From the NCBI GenBank assembly GCA_964247715.1, contig CAXTVJ010000005.1, positions 42,819-106,818 on the forward strand: a DNA stretch of 64,000 nt, given 5' to 3'. Numbering within the stretch: the first letter of the stretch is position 1; each line of letters opens with the position of its first letter. Below, in pieces: positions 18,870 to 32,411 of the stretch. The translations under genes were made by a program, and so were the position numbers. This stretch comes from an uncultured Acidobacteriaceae bacterium (lineage in GTDB: Bacteria > Acidobacteriota > Terriglobia > Terriglobales > Acidobacteriaceae). The notes beneath the pieces were generated by a model, which worked only from the letters and a program-made list of their open reading frames with translations, did not search any database and was not told the DNA's origin.

Positions 18870-20168
18870 TTGCCCGCCAAGCCGCAAATCCTTACCGCAC
18901 GCCCGTTTGCCTACCGCCACCGCGCCCTGCACTGCGATGCCGTCCCCCTGGCCCGACTCGCGGCCGAGTTCGGCACCCCGCTCTATGTTTACTCGGAGGA
19001 TCACGTCCTCGGCCGCCTCGCCGCTTTTCAGCAGGCCTTTGCGTCGGTCCCCCACACTCTCTGTTTCGCGGTCAAGGCGAACTCCGCGCTCGCCATCCTG
19101 CGTACGCTCGCCGAGCACGGCGCGGGTTTCGATATCGTCTCCTCGGGCGAGCTCGCGCGCGTGGCGAGAGCCTCCAGACCGGCTCTTCGCCGTACTGTGT
19201 TTGCCGGGGTCGGCAAGCGCGCCGACGAACTCGACGCCGCGCTTAAAGCCGACATCCTGCTGTTCAACGTGGAGTCAGCGGCCGAACTCGACCTGCTCGC
19301 TACGCGCGCCGAGGCGCTGGGCCGGCCGGCCCGCATCGCGCTCCGGGTGAACCCGGACGTCTTCGCCGAGACCCATCCCTACATCTCCACCGGTCTCTCC
19401 GCCCACAAGTTCGGCATCGAGATCGGCCAGGCGCGTGCGCTGTACCGCCGGGCCAAACGGTCGACATGGCTTCTGCCGACGGGTGTAAGCGTTCACATCG
19501 GCTCGCAGATCCGCGCCGTCGAACCCTTCGGCGCGGCCATGCGCCGCGTCCGCGAGCTTGTCGAACAGCTCCGCGAAGACGGCATTGTCCTCACCCACAT
19601 CGACGCCGGCGGCGGCCTTGGCGTGGAGTACACTCAGGCCGGCTTCGACCCCGAGGCCGCCATCCGCGCCTACGCCCAACAGATCCTGGTCGCTACGGAA
19701 GATCTCGGGCTGCACCTGCTGCTCGAACCCGGCCGCTTTCTCGTGGCCCAGGCCGGAGCCCTCGTCACCGAAGTCCTGTATGTCAAGCAGAACGGCAGCG
19801 AAGCGGAAAAGAAGACCTTCGTCATCACCGACGCCGGCATGAACGACCTCATCAGACCCGCGCTCTACCAGGCTCACCACGAGATTCTGCCGGTGAAACA
19901 GCCGTCCGCCTCAGCCCCAATGCAGCCCGTCGACATCGTCGGCCCGGTCTGCGAATCGGGCGACTTCTTCGCGCGCGACCGCTCCCTGCCCGCCACCAGG
20001 CCGGGCGATCTCCTTGCCATCCTCGACGCCGGAGCCTATGGCATGACGATCGCCTCGAACTACAACACCCGCCCCCGCCCCGCCGAGGTTCTCGTGTCGG
20101 GCGCCGAAGCTCGCCTCATCCGCCGTCGCGAGACCCACAAAGACCTCTTCGCCTCCGAGCTGCTGTAG
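18870..20168 (+). CDS. lysA: Diaminopimelate decarboxylase
   Basis: GTPLYVYS, FAVKAN, HIGSQI, EPGRF, VGPVCESGD, GAYG..SNYNTRPRP. TTG start approximate. Confidence 0.95.
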   Translation: MPAKPQILTARPFAYRHRALHCDAVPLARLAAEFGTPLYVYSEDHVLGRLAAFQQAFASVPHTLCFAVKANSALAILRTLAEHGAGFDIVSSGELARVARASRPALRRTVFAGVGKRADELDAALKADILLFNVESAAELDLLATRAEALGRPARIALRVNPDVFAETHPYISTGLSAHKFGIEIGQARALYRRAKRSTWLLPTGVSVHIGSQIRAVEPFGAAMRRVRELVEQLREDGIVLTHIDAGGGLGVEYTQAGFDPEAAIRAYAQQILVATEDLGLHLLLEPGRFLVAQAGALVTEVLYVKQNGSEAEKKTFVITDAGMNDLIRPALYQAHHEILPVKQPSASAPMQPVDIVGPVCESGDFFARDRSLPATRPGDLLAILDAGAYGMTIASNYNTRPRPAEVLVSGAEARLIRRRETHKDLFASELL

Positions 20169-20431
20169 TTTCGGCTTCGTCACCGAGTTGCTCCAGCATC
20201 CGGCGAAACTGGACAACCCGGTGCCGCGAACAACTCCCCTCGCCCGGGCGGCATCGACAGGCGGCATCGCCAGCTGGATGCTTGCAAGACCGTACGTAAC
20301 ATCTTCTGTTTGAATAATTTAGCTGTATTCATCGGGGGTGGGGGGAACTGACGCATGTCGCCGCGCAACCTGCTAAACTCCAAAGGTCGCGCCGAAGCAG
20401 ATTCGCGCAATCCCGACCCCGAGGAAACCAC

Positions 20432-21163
20432 ATGTCCGGCCACAGTAAATGGGCGACCATCAAGCACAAGAAGGGTGCCACCGACGCGAAGCGCGGCAAG
20501 ATCTTCACCCGCCTGATCAAGGAGATCACCGTCGCGGCGAAATCCGGAGGAGGAGACCCGGACGGCAACCCGCGTCTGCGCACCGCCATCGTCGCCGCCA
20601 AGGCCGAGAACATGCCGGCCGACAACATCAAGCGTGCCATCCAGCGCGGCACTGGCGAGCTCGAAGGCGTCTCCTACGAGGAGATCTCCTATGAGGGCTA
20701 CGGCCCGGGGGGCGTCGCCGTCATCATCGACGTGCTCACCGACAACAAGAATCGTGCCGTGAGCGAGATTCGCCACGCTTTTTCGAAGAACGGCGGCAAT
20801 CTGGGCACCGAAGGCGCGGTCTCCTGGATGTTCTCGAAAAAGGGTGTGCTCTCGATCGCGAAGGACGCGGCGAGCGAAGACAAGCTGATGGAGATCGTGC
20901 TCGAGTCGGGCGCCGAAGACCTGAACGATGAGGGCGAGAGCTGGGAGATTCTCTGCGATCCGAAGGATTTTGAAGCTGTCGTCGATGCTCTGAAAGCAGC
21001 GAAGATTGAGACCGAATCGGCCGAGATCACCAAGGTCGCGAGCACCTATACGAAGCTTGAAGGGTCGCAGGCCAACGCCATGATGCGTCTGCTCGAGACC
21101 ATCGAAGACCTTGACGATACGCAGAACCTCTACTCGAATTTCGACTTCGCCTCGATCAGCTAG
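20432..21163 (+). CDS. yebC: YebC/PmpR family protein
   Basis: [28 protein letters not shown]. Confidence 0.97.
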   Translation: MSGHSKWATIKHKKGATDAKRGKIFTRLIKEITVAAKSGGGDPDGNPRLRTAIVAAKAENMPADNIKRAIQRGTGELEGVSYEEISYEGYGPGGVAVIIDVLTDNKNRAVSEIRHAFSKNGGNLGTEGAVSWMFSKKGVLSIAKDAASEDKLMEIVLESGAEDLNDEGESWEILCDPKDFEAVVDALKAAKIETESAEITKVASTYTKLEGSQANAMMRLLETIEDLDDTQNLYSNFDFASIS

Positions 21164-21178
21164 GTCGCCTCGAATCGA

Positions 21179-21226
21179 GCCTGCAAGGGCGGGAGCGATT
21201 CCGCCCTTGCAGGCCTGCCTCTTTTT
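21179..21226 (+). terminator. Intrinsic terminator after yebC
   Basis: GCCTGCAAGGGCGG...CCGCCCTTGCAGGC 14-bp stem, then CTGCCTCTTTTT. Confidence 0.75.
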
Positions 21227-21278
21227 GCTGCCCCTTTCCGCCTTCGTCCCGCATCCAACCAGCCGAGACCCGTCCCTG

Positions 21279-22010
21279 ATGACCCTGCGTGCTCTTGCCC
21301 TCCTCCTGTTCGCCGCCGCTCTGCCCGTTTCCGCAGTCCGCGCGCAAAGCGAAGCCGCCGACCGTAACGTGCTCGAGACCGCCTCCTCGCATCAGCCGTT
21401 CTCGTACGGTGTGATCTTCCAGGGCGGTAACGGCGTTACGGACAACCGTGGCGGCTACCATTTCGTCTGGGCCGGAGCACAGATTGGCCGCGTGCTGCTG
21501 AACAACGTGGGTCACGGCATCCTGCACGGGAACTTCGAGTACGGCGGACAGTTCTTCCCCTATGTCCAGGCTTTCACTCCTCACATCCAGCGCGTCAGCT
21601 GCGCGCTGATCCCCGGCAGCAACGAGTTCACCTGCAGCAGTCCCTATACGGTGGGCGGCACCTACACCGGCATGAGCATCACGCCCATCATTCTGCGCTG
21701 GAACTTCGTTCGCCACGGACGCATCGAGCCGTGGGCGCAGGCTGCCGGCGGCCTGCTGTGGACCAATCACAAATTTCCGGCATACGGGAACCTTTCCGCC
21801 AACTACGCCGAAAACGGTCCAAATGGCGAGACCAGCGTGTGGAACTTCACCCCGCAGGGTGGCATCGGGCTGCACTACTTCACCCGGCGTAACCGCTCCA
21901 TCGACGTGAGCGCCAACGCGACCCACATCTCCTCGGCCTCGCTGGGCGACCGCAACCCGGGCGTGAACGCCAGCGTGCAGTTCACTCTGGGTTACAGCTG
22001 GTGGAAGTAG
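21279..22010 (+). CDS. Acyloxyacyl hydrolase / lipid A 3-O-deacylase (PagL-like) beta-barrel
   Basis: Signal peptide; NFTPQGGIG, HISSASLGDRNPGVN; aromatic C-terminus YSWWK. Confidence 0.75.
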   Translation: MTLRALALLLFAAALPVSAVRAQSEAADRNVLETASSHQPFSYGVIFQGGNGVTDNRGGYHFVWAGAQIGRVLLNNVGHGILHGNFEYGGQFFPYVQAFTPHIQRVSCALIPGSNEFTCSSPYTVGGTYTGMSITPIILRWNFVRHGRIEPWAQAAGGLLWTNHKFPAYGNLSANYAENGPNGETSVWNFTPQGGIGLHYFTRRNRSIDVSANATHISSASLGDRNPGVNASVQFTLGYSWWK

Positions 22011-22023
22011 GATCAACCTGCCC

Positions 22024-22959
22024 GTGAGCGCCGAGCCCAGCATCGATGCCATCCTCGAATGCGTGCCCAACTTCTCTGAGGGGATGGACGCGGGGATCGT
22101 GCGAAGCATCGTGCGCAGCATGCAGGTGGAGGGCGTCAAGTTGCTTGACACCACGCTGGACGCTGATCACAACCGCTCGGTCGTCACGATCGCCGGCTCA
22201 CCGCACGCGGTGATGGAAGCCGCCGTCAACGCAGCCGGCAAGGCCGCCGAACTGATCGATCTCACCCGTCAATCCGGGGTGCATCCACGGATCGGCGCTG
22301 CCGACGTGCTTCCGTTCGTGCCGGTTTCCGGGATCTCCATCGCGGAAGCAGCGCTGATCGCGCGGCAAGCCGGCATGCAGATATGGCGGCGCTTCGGCGT
22401 GCCGGTGTACTTCTATGGTGCCGCCGCCGCGCGACCCGATCGCGTACAGCTTGAAGATGTCCGCCGCGGTCAGTTTGAAGGTTTGCGCGAAGCCTTGCTC
22501 AAAGATGCGTCGCGCCGCCCGGACATCGGCGGTCCGGAACTGCACAATACTGCCGGGGCCAGCGTTGTTGGCGCGCGCACGTTTCTGATTGCCTACAACA
22601 TCTATCTGGCGCCCAGGGCTGAGATCGGCCAGGCCCGCGCGATCGCCCGCGACATCCGCGCCAGCTCAGGCGGTATGCAGGGAATCAAAGCGATGGGCGT
22701 GATCGTGAATGGCCGCGCTCAGGTTTCCATGAACGTCACCGACTTCCACCTGACTCCAATGCCCGAAGTGCATCGTCGTGTCACCCGCCTTGCCCGTGAG
22801 CACGGCACAGAGACTGCCGAGGGTGAGTTGATCGGCCTGGTACCTGAAGCCGCCTGCGAAGCCGGCGCGATCTGGACTTCCGAGATCCCCGACTTCGATC
22901 TCAACCAAAAGGTTCTCGAGCGGCGGCTGCAGCATCCGCTTGCGTGGCCTGAGGCTTAG
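22024..22959 (+). CDS. ftcD: Glutamate formimidoyltransferase (no cyclodeaminase domain)
   Basis: ECVPNFSEG, DADHNRSV, GVHPRIGAADV, LIAYN, QVSMN. Confidence 0.93.
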   Translation: MSAEPSIDAILECVPNFSEGMDAGIVRSIVRSMQVEGVKLLDTTLDADHNRSVVTIAGSPHAVMEAAVNAAGKAAELIDLTRQSGVHPRIGAADVLPFVPVSGISIAEAALIARQAGMQIWRRFGVPVYFYGAAAARPDRVQLEDVRRGQFEGLREALLKDASRRPDIGGPELHNTAGASVVGARTFLIAYNIYLAPRAEIGQARAIARDIRASSGGMQGIKAMGVIVNGRAQVSMNVTDFHLTPMPEVHRRVTRLAREHGTETAEGELIGLVPEAACEAGAIWTSEIPDFDLNQKVLERRLQHPLAWPEA

Positions 22960-22966
22960 ATCCACC

Positions 22967-23746
22967 ATGCCGGAGATGGTAGCGGAACTGGAACAGGTCA
23001 CGGTCGTACGCGGCGAACGCGTGGTGCTGCACGAACTTTCATTCGCGCTTGCGCACGGGGAACAGATGGCGCTGCTGGGGCCGAACGGGTGCGGCAAGTC
23101 GACCCTGCTGAAGACGCTTACCTGTGAGCTGTATCCGCTTGCCTCGCCGGAGATGCGCGTGAGCCTCTTTGGCCGGGCGCGGTGGGATGTGACGGAGCTC
23201 AAGAAGCTTCTTGGCGTGGTGCAGGCGGAGTTGCCGGGCAAGCCGATGCTGGCGATCTCAGGAGTCGACGCGGTGCTCACGGGGTTCTTCTCGAGCTCTA
23301 CGCTGTGGCCGAACCTCGAGGTGACGTCTGAGATGCGCGAACGGGCGGAAGCTATGCTGGAGCGCGTTGGCGCGACCCCACTGCGCACCCGGCTGTTCGG
23401 CGAAATGTCGTCAGGGCAGCAACGCCGGATTCTGATAGCGCGGGCGCTGGTCGCCTCCGCCGGATGCGTGCTGCTCGATGAGCCTTCGAACACGCTGGAC
23501 CTGCAGGCCCAACGCGAACTGCGGCTGCTGATGCGAACCTTGGCGGAGCAGGGAACGACGATCCTGCTGATTACCCACCAAGTAGCCGACATCGTGCCCG
23601 AGATGCGGCGGATCGTGCTGATGCGCGAGGGGCGCATCGTCGCGGATGGCGCGCGCGAAGAGCTGCTTACCGAGGTCCGACTGAGCGAGCTGTTTGAAAC
23701 CGATGTCCGGCTGACGGCGCGCGACGGCTTCCTGCACGCCTGGTGA
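22967..23746 (+). CDS. ABC ATP-binding protein (ModF-like, standalone)
   Basis: GPNGCGKST, MSSGQQRRILIARAL, LLDEP, ITH. Confidence 0.88.
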   Translation: MPEMVAELEQVTVVRGERVVLHELSFALAHGEQMALLGPNGCGKSTLLKTLTCELYPLASPEMRVSLFGRARWDVTELKKLLGVVQAELPGKPMLAISGVDAVLTGFFSSSTLWPNLEVTSEMRERAEAMLERVGATPLRTRLFGEMSSGQQRRILIARALVASAGCVLLDEPSNTLDLQAQRELRLLMRTLAEQGTTILLITHQVADIVPEMRRIVLMREGRIVADGAREELLTEVRLSELFETDVRLTARDGFLHAW

Positions 23747-23763
23747 CGGGTTATCGCGCCGGA

Positions 23764-24390
23764 CTATGTGTGCGGGATGACGGAGGTTTGCAGCTTGACG
23801 AGCTCCTGGTGCGGGATGCGCGTGGGTCCGAGCACCGCGATCTTCGGCAGCGGCCCGCGCACCATGGCGACCTCGTCACATGCATAGAGGCGCGGACAGG
23901 TCTGGCAATCCTTGTAGATCTTGTCGGGCAGGGCGGTGCGCTCGGCGACGCGGAAGCCGAAGTGGAAGAAGAAGTCCGGGATGCGGGTGAACAGGCAGAC
24001 GGCGACTACGCTCTGGTTCTCGGCTTCGGCGAGAAGCGCGCGCAGGAGCTTACCTCCCGCGCCCTGGCCTTTGGCTTCGGGCTTGACGACGATGGAGCGG
24101 ACTTCGGCGAGGTGAGGCCCGTAAAGGTGGAGCGCGCCGCATCCGAGAAATACACCGCATTCACTTTCCGCTACGTGGAAGTCGCGGATATTCTCGCAGA
24201 TCTCAGCATACGGGCGACGCAGCAGGGTACCGTCACCCGATAGCGAGTTGACCAGTTCGAAGACGTTGACGGCATCCTGCAGCTTTGCCTGGCGGACGCC
24301 GGTGGCGAGGGCACGGGGTCGCGAGGACGACGTCGATGTGGAATCGCTGATCGCCTCTAACTCCGCGTGCACCGCACTGATTGTGGTCAA
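23764..24390 (-). CDS. argA: Short GNAT N-acetylglutamate synthase
   Basis: LLRR..EICENIRDF, AEVRSI, LPDKIYKDCQTCP..CDEVAM; last gene of the arg operon. Confidence 0.85.
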   Translation of the reverse strand: MTTISAVHAELEAISDSTSTSSSRPRALATGVRQAKLQDAVNVFELVNSLSGDGTLLRRPYAEICENIRDFHVAESECGVFLGCGALHLYGPHLAEVRSIVVKPEAKGQGAGGKLLRALLAEAENQSVVAVCLFTRIPDFFFHFGFRVAERTALPDKIYKDCQTCPRLYACDEVAMVRGPLPKIAVLGPTRIPHQELVKLQTSVIPHT

Positions 24391-24400
24391 ATCGCTCCCC

Positions 24401-27474
<3,074 letters not shown>

Positions 27475-27514
27475 TCAGGTAGTGCGGTAGCCATGAATCG
27501 TGAAAAGCGAAAAC

Positions 27515-27544
27515 CAGGGGTCCTTCACTGCGCTCAGGATGACA
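27515..27544. repeat. REP-like intergenic element (GTCATCCTGAGCGCAG-type)
   Basis: CAGGGGTCCTTCACTGCGCTCAGGATGACA between argF and argG; resembles a recalled dispersed short repeat; only one copy seen here. Confidence 0.55.
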
Positions 27545-27571
27545 GATATTTTTCGGGCAGCGAGAACTTCC

Positions 27572-28657
27572 TTATGCGTTGCGGCGTCGAGCCTGCAGGC
27601 CGCGGTCGCGGGAGTTCGGCGTGCGGCGTCCGCTGCCCAGCAGCATCAGCAAGATGGCCTTCTGCGCATGCAGCCGGTTCTCGGCCTGGTCGAAGACGAT
27701 GGACTGCGGTCCGTCGAGCACGGCGCCGGTGACCTCGGCGTTGCGGTGAGCGGGCAGGCAGTGCATGAAGACGGCGTGCGGCTGCGCATGCGACATCAAG
27801 GTCTCGTTGACCTGGTAGGGCTGGAAGATGGGCGCACGGCGGGTGGCCTCATGCTCGAAACCCATGCTGGTGCAGACGTCGGTGTAGACTGCATCCGCGC
27901 CGGTGACGGCCTTCACGGGATCGTTGAGCAGGGTGATGCTGCCGCCGGTGTGTTCGCTGATCTCGATCGATTTGTGAATAATGTCCAGCTTGGGCGCGAA
28001 GGCTCTGGGCGTCGCTACATAGCAGTGCGCACCGAGCTGCGCGGCGGTGAGCATCAGCGAGTGGCAGACGTTGTTTCCGTCGCCCACATAGGCGAAGTGC
28101 AGTCCCTGCGCGGAGCCGAAGCGCTCTTCAAGCGTCATAAAGTCGGCGATCGCCTGGCAGGGATGTTCGAGATCCGACAACGCGTTGATCACGGGGACCT
28201 TCGCGGTGTCGGCCAGCTCGGTGATGGTCTCATGCGCGTAGGTGCGCAGGACGATCACGTTCATCCAGCGCTCGAGATTGCGCGCCATGTCGCTGAGCGA
28301 TTCGCGCTCGCCGAGCGGCGAGGCGGTCTGATCGACGAAGATGGCATTACCGCCGAGCGTGTTGATGCCGGCCTCGAAGGTGACGCGCGTGCGCAGCGAG
28401 GCCTTTTCGAAGAACATCACCATCTGCTTTGCGTCGAGTGAGTGACGAAAGTCTTCGGGTGCAGCCTTGACCGCATGGGAGAGCTCCATCACGGCGGCCA
28501 TCTCGTTAACGCTCAGGTCGGCAATGGAACAGAGATCGCGTCCGCTCAAGGCCCTGGCAGCCTCGTTGAACGCGGTGTCGGACTGAATGCCGAGGCTTGC
28601 GATGCCGGCGTTCTGCGTGGCTTCGCGGGAACTGACGACGACGGTTTTGCTGCTCAT
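27572..28657 (-). CDS. argF: Ornithine carbamoyltransferase
   Basis: FEKASLRTR, HPCQ, GDGNNV, DVCTSMG, HCLP, QAENR. Confidence 0.95.
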   Translation of the reverse strand: MSSKTVVVSSREATQNAGIASLGIQSDTAFNEAARALSGRDLCSIADLSVNEMAAVMELSHAVKAAPEDFRHSLDAKQMVMFFEKASLRTRVTFEAGINTLGGNAIFVDQTASPLGERESLSDMARNLERWMNVIVLRTYAHETITELADTAKVPVINALSDLEHPCQAIADFMTLEERFGSAQGLHFAYVGDGNNVCHSLMLTAAQLGAHCYVATPRAFAPKLDIIHKSIEISEHTGGSITLLNDPVKAVTGADAVYTDVCTSMGFEHEATRRAPIFQPYQVNETLMSHAQPHAVFMHCLPAHRNAEVTGAVLDGPQSIVFDQAENRLHAQKAILLMLLGSGRRTPNSRDRGLQARRRNA

Positions 28658-29919
28658 GCGGGATGTCCTTCCGGCGTGGCGTCCGCGAACACGCTCTGGG
28701 TCTGGATGGGAGATTGAAGACTGCTGAGAATCTCGTCGAGAGCGGCGACGGCGACCTCTACCTGCGAGCGCTCGAGGATATATGGGGGGAGGAACCGCAG
28801 CACGGTTTCGCTGGTGCGATTGAGGATGATGCGGTGCGCGAGCATTTCGCCGGCCGCGGCTTTGGCGAGCTCTTCGGAGGCGAGTTCGACGCCGATCATC
28901 AAGCCCATGCCGCGTACCTCCCGGATCACGTCGTGCTTTGCCGCGAGACCGCGGAGCTGGTCGAGAAAGAAGCCGCCTATTTCGCGGATGTGCTCGAGCA
29001 GATGCGCGCGGCGCATCTCGTCAACGACGGCGATGGCCACTGCGCAGGCCAGCGGATTGCCGCCAAAAGTCGTCCCGTGCATGCCCGGGGTGATCGCGCC
29101 GGCGGCGCGTTCCGTGCAGAGCATCGCGCCGATGGGCAGACCGCCCGCGAGCGGCTTGGCCACGGTAGTGACGTCGGGCTGGATGCCGAAGTGCTGGTAG
29201 CCGAACCACTTGCCGGTGCGCCCGAAGCCGCACTGGATCTCATCGGCCAGCAGCAGCGCGCCAGTGGCGTCGCAGAGTTCGCGGGCTGCCGTGAAGAACT
29301 CGCGGGTGACCGGATGGATGCCGCCCTCGCCCTGAACAACCTCGATGCAGACGCCGCACATCTCGTCCGAGAACTTCGCGCGCAGATCGTCGGTATCGTT
29401 GAAGCGCACGAACTCGACTTCCGCCAGGGGCGCGAACGGCAGACGATAGTGCAGTTTGTGCGTGGTCGCAACCGAGCCGAGGGTGCGGCCGTGAAAGCCG
29501 TGCTCCAGCGCAAGGAACTTCGTCCCCATCCTGCCGCCTTCGTGGCGTACGCGTTGCGAATGTGCACGCGCCAGCTTCAGCGCCGCCTCCCACGCTTCGG
29601 TGCCGCTGTTGCACAGGAAGACGCGGTCCATGCCGCTCATTTCTGTAAGCCGCGCGGCGAGTTCCGCCGTGTGCTCATGGAAGAAGAGGTTCGACGTATG
29701 CAGCAGGTACCTGGATTGAGCGGCGATCGCCTGCTCGAGGGCCGGATGTCCGTAGCCCAGCGCGGAGACGCCGATGCCGCTGAGCAGATCAAGATAGTCG
29801 TTGCCCTGTTCATCGGTAAGGTAGCAGCCATGGCCCCCGACGAAGAGGATCGGGTTGCGTGCGTAGGTGTTCAGCATCAGCTTTTGTTCGGCAGCCTGCA
29901 GTTGTTCCAGCTTCGTCAT
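28654..29919 (-). CDS. argD: Acetylornithine aminotransferase
   Basis: [46 protein letters not shown]. Confidence 0.95.
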   Translation of the reverse strand: MTKLEQLQAAEQKLMLNTYARNPILFVGGHGCYLTDEQGNDYLDLLSGIGVSALGYGHPALEQAIAAQSRYLLHTSNLFFHEHTAELAARLTEMSGMDRVFLCNSGTEAWEAALKLARAHSQRVRHEGGRMGTKFLALEHGFHGRTLGSVATTHKLHYRLPFAPLAEVEFVRFNDTDDLRAKFSDEMCGVCIEVVQGEGGIHPVTREFFTAARELCDATGALLLADEIQCGFGRTGKWFGYQHFGIQPDVTTVAKPLAGGLPIGAMLCTERAAGAITPGMHGTTFGGNPLACAVAIAVVDEMRRAHLLEHIREIGGFFLDQLRGLAAKHDVIREVRGMGLMIGVELASEELAKAAAGEMLAHRIILNRTSETVLRFLPPYILERSQVEVAVAALDEILSSLQSPIQTQSVFADATPEGHPA

Positions 29920-30698
29920 GCGACCATCACCTCCGTCCCACTTTCCACACGGCTCGAGCAGAGATCGGGCAGGGAAGCCGCGGCCCCGGCCGGCAGAATG
30001 CGTACCCGTTTGACGCCGTGGGTAAGCGCTTCCCGGCATGCATTCAGCTTAGGCAGCATGCCGCCCGAAACCACCATGGCACATTCGAGCGCCGGAATCT
30101 CCTTCAGTGACAGCCAGCGCATCACGTTGCCATCTGCACCCTTTACTCCGGGTACGTCGGTCAGAAACACGAGCGCATCGGCTTTCGTGGCGATGGCGCA
30201 GGCGGCCGCCATCTCGTCCGCGTTGATGTTGTAGTATTCGCCATCGAAGCCCAGCGCGATCGACGAGATCACCGGCACCGCGCTCAGCTTCCAAATGGCT
30301 TCCAGCCAGCGCGGGTCGGTCGCGGCAATCTCGCCCACGAAGCCGAGGTCCGGCGTGGTCTGCTTCTTGCGCGCGCGAAATACGTGGCCGTCGCCGCCCG
30401 AAAGCCCCATCGCGCTGGTGCCGGCCTGCCCCATCATCGCGACCAGCGATTTGTTGACGCGGCCGGCGAGCACCATCAGCGCGGCATCACGGGTCTCCAC
30501 ATCGGTCACGCGCAGGCCGGAGATGAACTCACTTTTCTTGCCCAGTTGTGCGAGCGTCTTCGTCAACTGCATGCCGCCGCCGTGTACCACGGCGACCTGA
30601 TTACCGTCTTCCACCAGTTCATGGATGGAGCGCGCGCAGAGCAGCAGCAGAGTTGGGTCTTCCAGAGCCGCGCCGCCCAATTTCACCACGTATTTCAA
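29916..30698 (-). CDS. argB: Acetylglutamate kinase
   Basis: VVKLGGA, VHGGG, GLRVTD, YNINAD, GGMLPKL; TTG start overlaps the argC stop. Confidence 0.95.
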   Translation of the reverse strand: MKYVVKLGGAALEDPTLLLLCARSIHELVEDGNQVAVVHGGGMQLTKTLAQLGKKSEFISGLRVTDVETRDAALMVLAGRVNKSLVAMMGQAGTSAMGLSGGDGHVFRARKKQTTPDLGFVGEIAATDPRWLEAIWKLSAVPVISSIALGFDGEYYNINADEMAAACAIATKADALVFLTDVPGVKGADGNVMRWLSLKEIPALECAMVVSGGMLPKLNACREALTHGVKRVRILPAGAAASLPDLCSSRVESGTEVMVA

Positions 30699-31804
30699 AG
30701 CAGGCCCTCCTCTTCGTTCCAGCCGCACATCAGGTTCATGTTCTGCACGGCCTGTCCCGACGCGCCCTTGAGCAGATTGTCCAGACAGCTGACCATCACC
30801 AGGCGGCGGCCATCCTTAGCCAGTTCAAACCCTATGTCGCAGAAATTGGTGCGCACCACATGTTGAATCTGCGGCAGGTCCGAGGTCCGGCGAATGCGCA
30901 CCATCGGGCTGGTCGCGTAGAACTGCCGGAGGCAGGCCTCGATCGCTTCGGGTTCGATGCGCTCGAGAAGGCGGACGTAGATGGTGGAAAGGATGCCGCG
31001 CGGGATCGGCAGCAGATGCGGCGTGAACTGGATCTGACTCTCCGGGAGCCCGAGCTGCTCCAGCAGCTCGCCGGTGTGGCGATGGCCGAAGACCGCGTAC
31101 GCCGAAAGATTGTCCGCGGCGTACATGAAGTGGGTCTTCGCCGTAGCTGCTTTGCCCGCGCCGCTGACCCCGCTCTTCGCATCGCAGACGATGCCGTGGT
31201 CGAGATCGACCAGCCCGGCGCGCAGCAGGGGCGCGAGCGCGAGGAGGATCGACGTTGCGTAGCATCCGGGATTCGCGACCAGCCGCGCGCGGGCGATCTC
31301 GTCGCGATGGAGCTCCGGGCAGCCGTACACGGCGTCGTGCTGCAGTTCCCGCGCGACCGCTGCATCCGCGTCCTGCAGCTCGTACACGGCTCGGTTGGCC
31401 TCGTGTTTCAGCCGCCACGCGCCGCTCAGGTCGATCACCTTGATCCCCTGCGCGATCCAGTGCGGGGTCCACTCGCGTGAAGTCTGATGAGGCAGCGCGA
31501 GAAAAACCAGTTCCACACCCGCATCGGCAATCCGTTTCCAGTCGAAGGCAACAATCTCAGGCAGCGCCTTGCCCGCTCCACGCGCGAGCTGGGGCTGCAG
31601 CGCTTCCAGCGGCAAGCGTCCGCCGGCTGCTTCGTCGGCCACGCGGCCGAGAAGGATCGGTTCCGTTCCCTGCAGATGCGGATGCGCCAGCAGCAGGCGC
31701 GCGAGCTCGCCGCCCGCGTAGCCTCCCACGCCCGCGACCGCCGTCTTCAGCGTGCGAGCGGGGGACTTCACCAAGTTGCGCTCGGTCAATAGCTGCTCAG
31801 CCAA
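30695..31804 (-). CDS. argC: N-acetyl-gamma-glutamyl-phosphate reductase
   Basis: GVGGYAG, IDLSGAWR, ANPGCY, SGVSGAG, DNLLKGASGQAVQN. Confidence 0.95.
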   Translation of the reverse strand: MAEQLLTERNLVKSPARTLKTAVAGVGGYAGGELARLLLAHPHLQGTEPILLGRVADEAAGGRLPLEALQPQLARGAGKALPEIVAFDWKRIADAGVELVFLALPHQTSREWTPHWIAQGIKVIDLSGAWRLKHEANRAVYELQDADAAVARELQHDAVYGCPELHRDEIARARLVANPGCYATSILLALAPLLRAGLVDLDHGIVCDAKSGVSGAGKAATAKTHFMYAADNLSAYAVFGHRHTGELLEQLGLPESQIQFTPHLLPIPRGILSTIYVRLLERIEPEAIEACLRQFYATSPMVRIRRTSDLPQIQHVVRTNFCDIGFELAKDGRRLVMVSCLDNLLKGASGQAVQNMNLMCGWNEEEGLL

Positions 31805-32243
31805 CGTAGTCCTCGATCTTCCTGGCGAGCGTCGCCGCGCGCTTTTCGTCCGGGCAGATGACCAGCACGGTGTCGTCCCCCGCGATGGTCCCGACCACCT
31901 CGGGCCAGTCTTCGTAGTCCATGGCCGCAGCCACCGGCTGTGCGCCGCCCGTTGTCGTGATGATCACCAGCTGGTTCATCGCCTGCCGCACCTCAAGCCC
32001 GAAGCTGCGCAGCACCTCACGCAGACCCGGACCTTCCTCTTCACTGCCGCTGCCGTTGTTTCCGTTCGCCACGGCATAGCCGGACGGACCCTTGTAGAGC
32101 TTTAACGCGTGCACGTCGCGCGAGAGGGTCGCCTGCGTGACGTGAAAACCGCGGGCGGCGAGCTTGCGGCGCAGCTCGTCCTGGCTGACGACCGCGCTAT
32201 GCTCGACGATGTCCCGGATTGTCGCGTGCCGCTGCTGCTTCAT
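31797..32243 (-). CDS. argR: Arginine repressor
   Basis: SQDEL, VTQATLSRD, GTIAGDDT. Confidence 0.96.
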   Translation of the reverse strand: MKQQRHATIRDIVEHSAVVSQDELRRKLAARGFHVTQATLSRDVHALKLYKGPSGYAVANGNNGSGSEEEGPGLREVLRSFGLEVRQAMNQLVIITTTGGAQPVAAAMDYEDWPEVVGTIAGDDTVLVICPDEKRAATLARKIEDYVG

Positions 32244-32294
32244 GGCTGTGCCGCCTTGTCCATCTTCGCTTCGGCAGCGCTAAAGAACGGCGCG

Positions 32295-32332
32295 AATGCA
32301 TAAAGATGCAACTACATGTATAAATATGCAAA
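32295..32332. promoter_or_regulatory. Tandem ARG boxes (ArgR operator)
   Basis: AATGCATAAAGATGCAAC (32295-32312) and CATGTATAAATATGCAAA (32315-32332), 2-bp spacer; match TGNAT-N4-ATNCA. Confidence 0.9.
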
Positions 32333-32345
32333 ACCCGAAAGTCAA
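32317..32345 (-). promoter_or_regulatory. Sigma-70 promoter of the arg operon
   Basis: Minus strand TTGACT-17 bp-TATACA, overlapped by the second ARG box. Confidence 0.7.
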
Positions 32346-32411
32346 GGGAAGGCGTGGAAGTACCGCGCAGGAACACGACACGGGTATTGACGATCCGGAC
32401 TATAGTGAGCT

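Noticed and set aside
20285-20332. Minus-strand MNTAKLFK, resembling a VapB/AbrB antitoxin start
   Set aside because: No following NGxSQAVRLP motif, no SD and no toxin gene; it is an AT-rich patch upstream of the yebC promoter.
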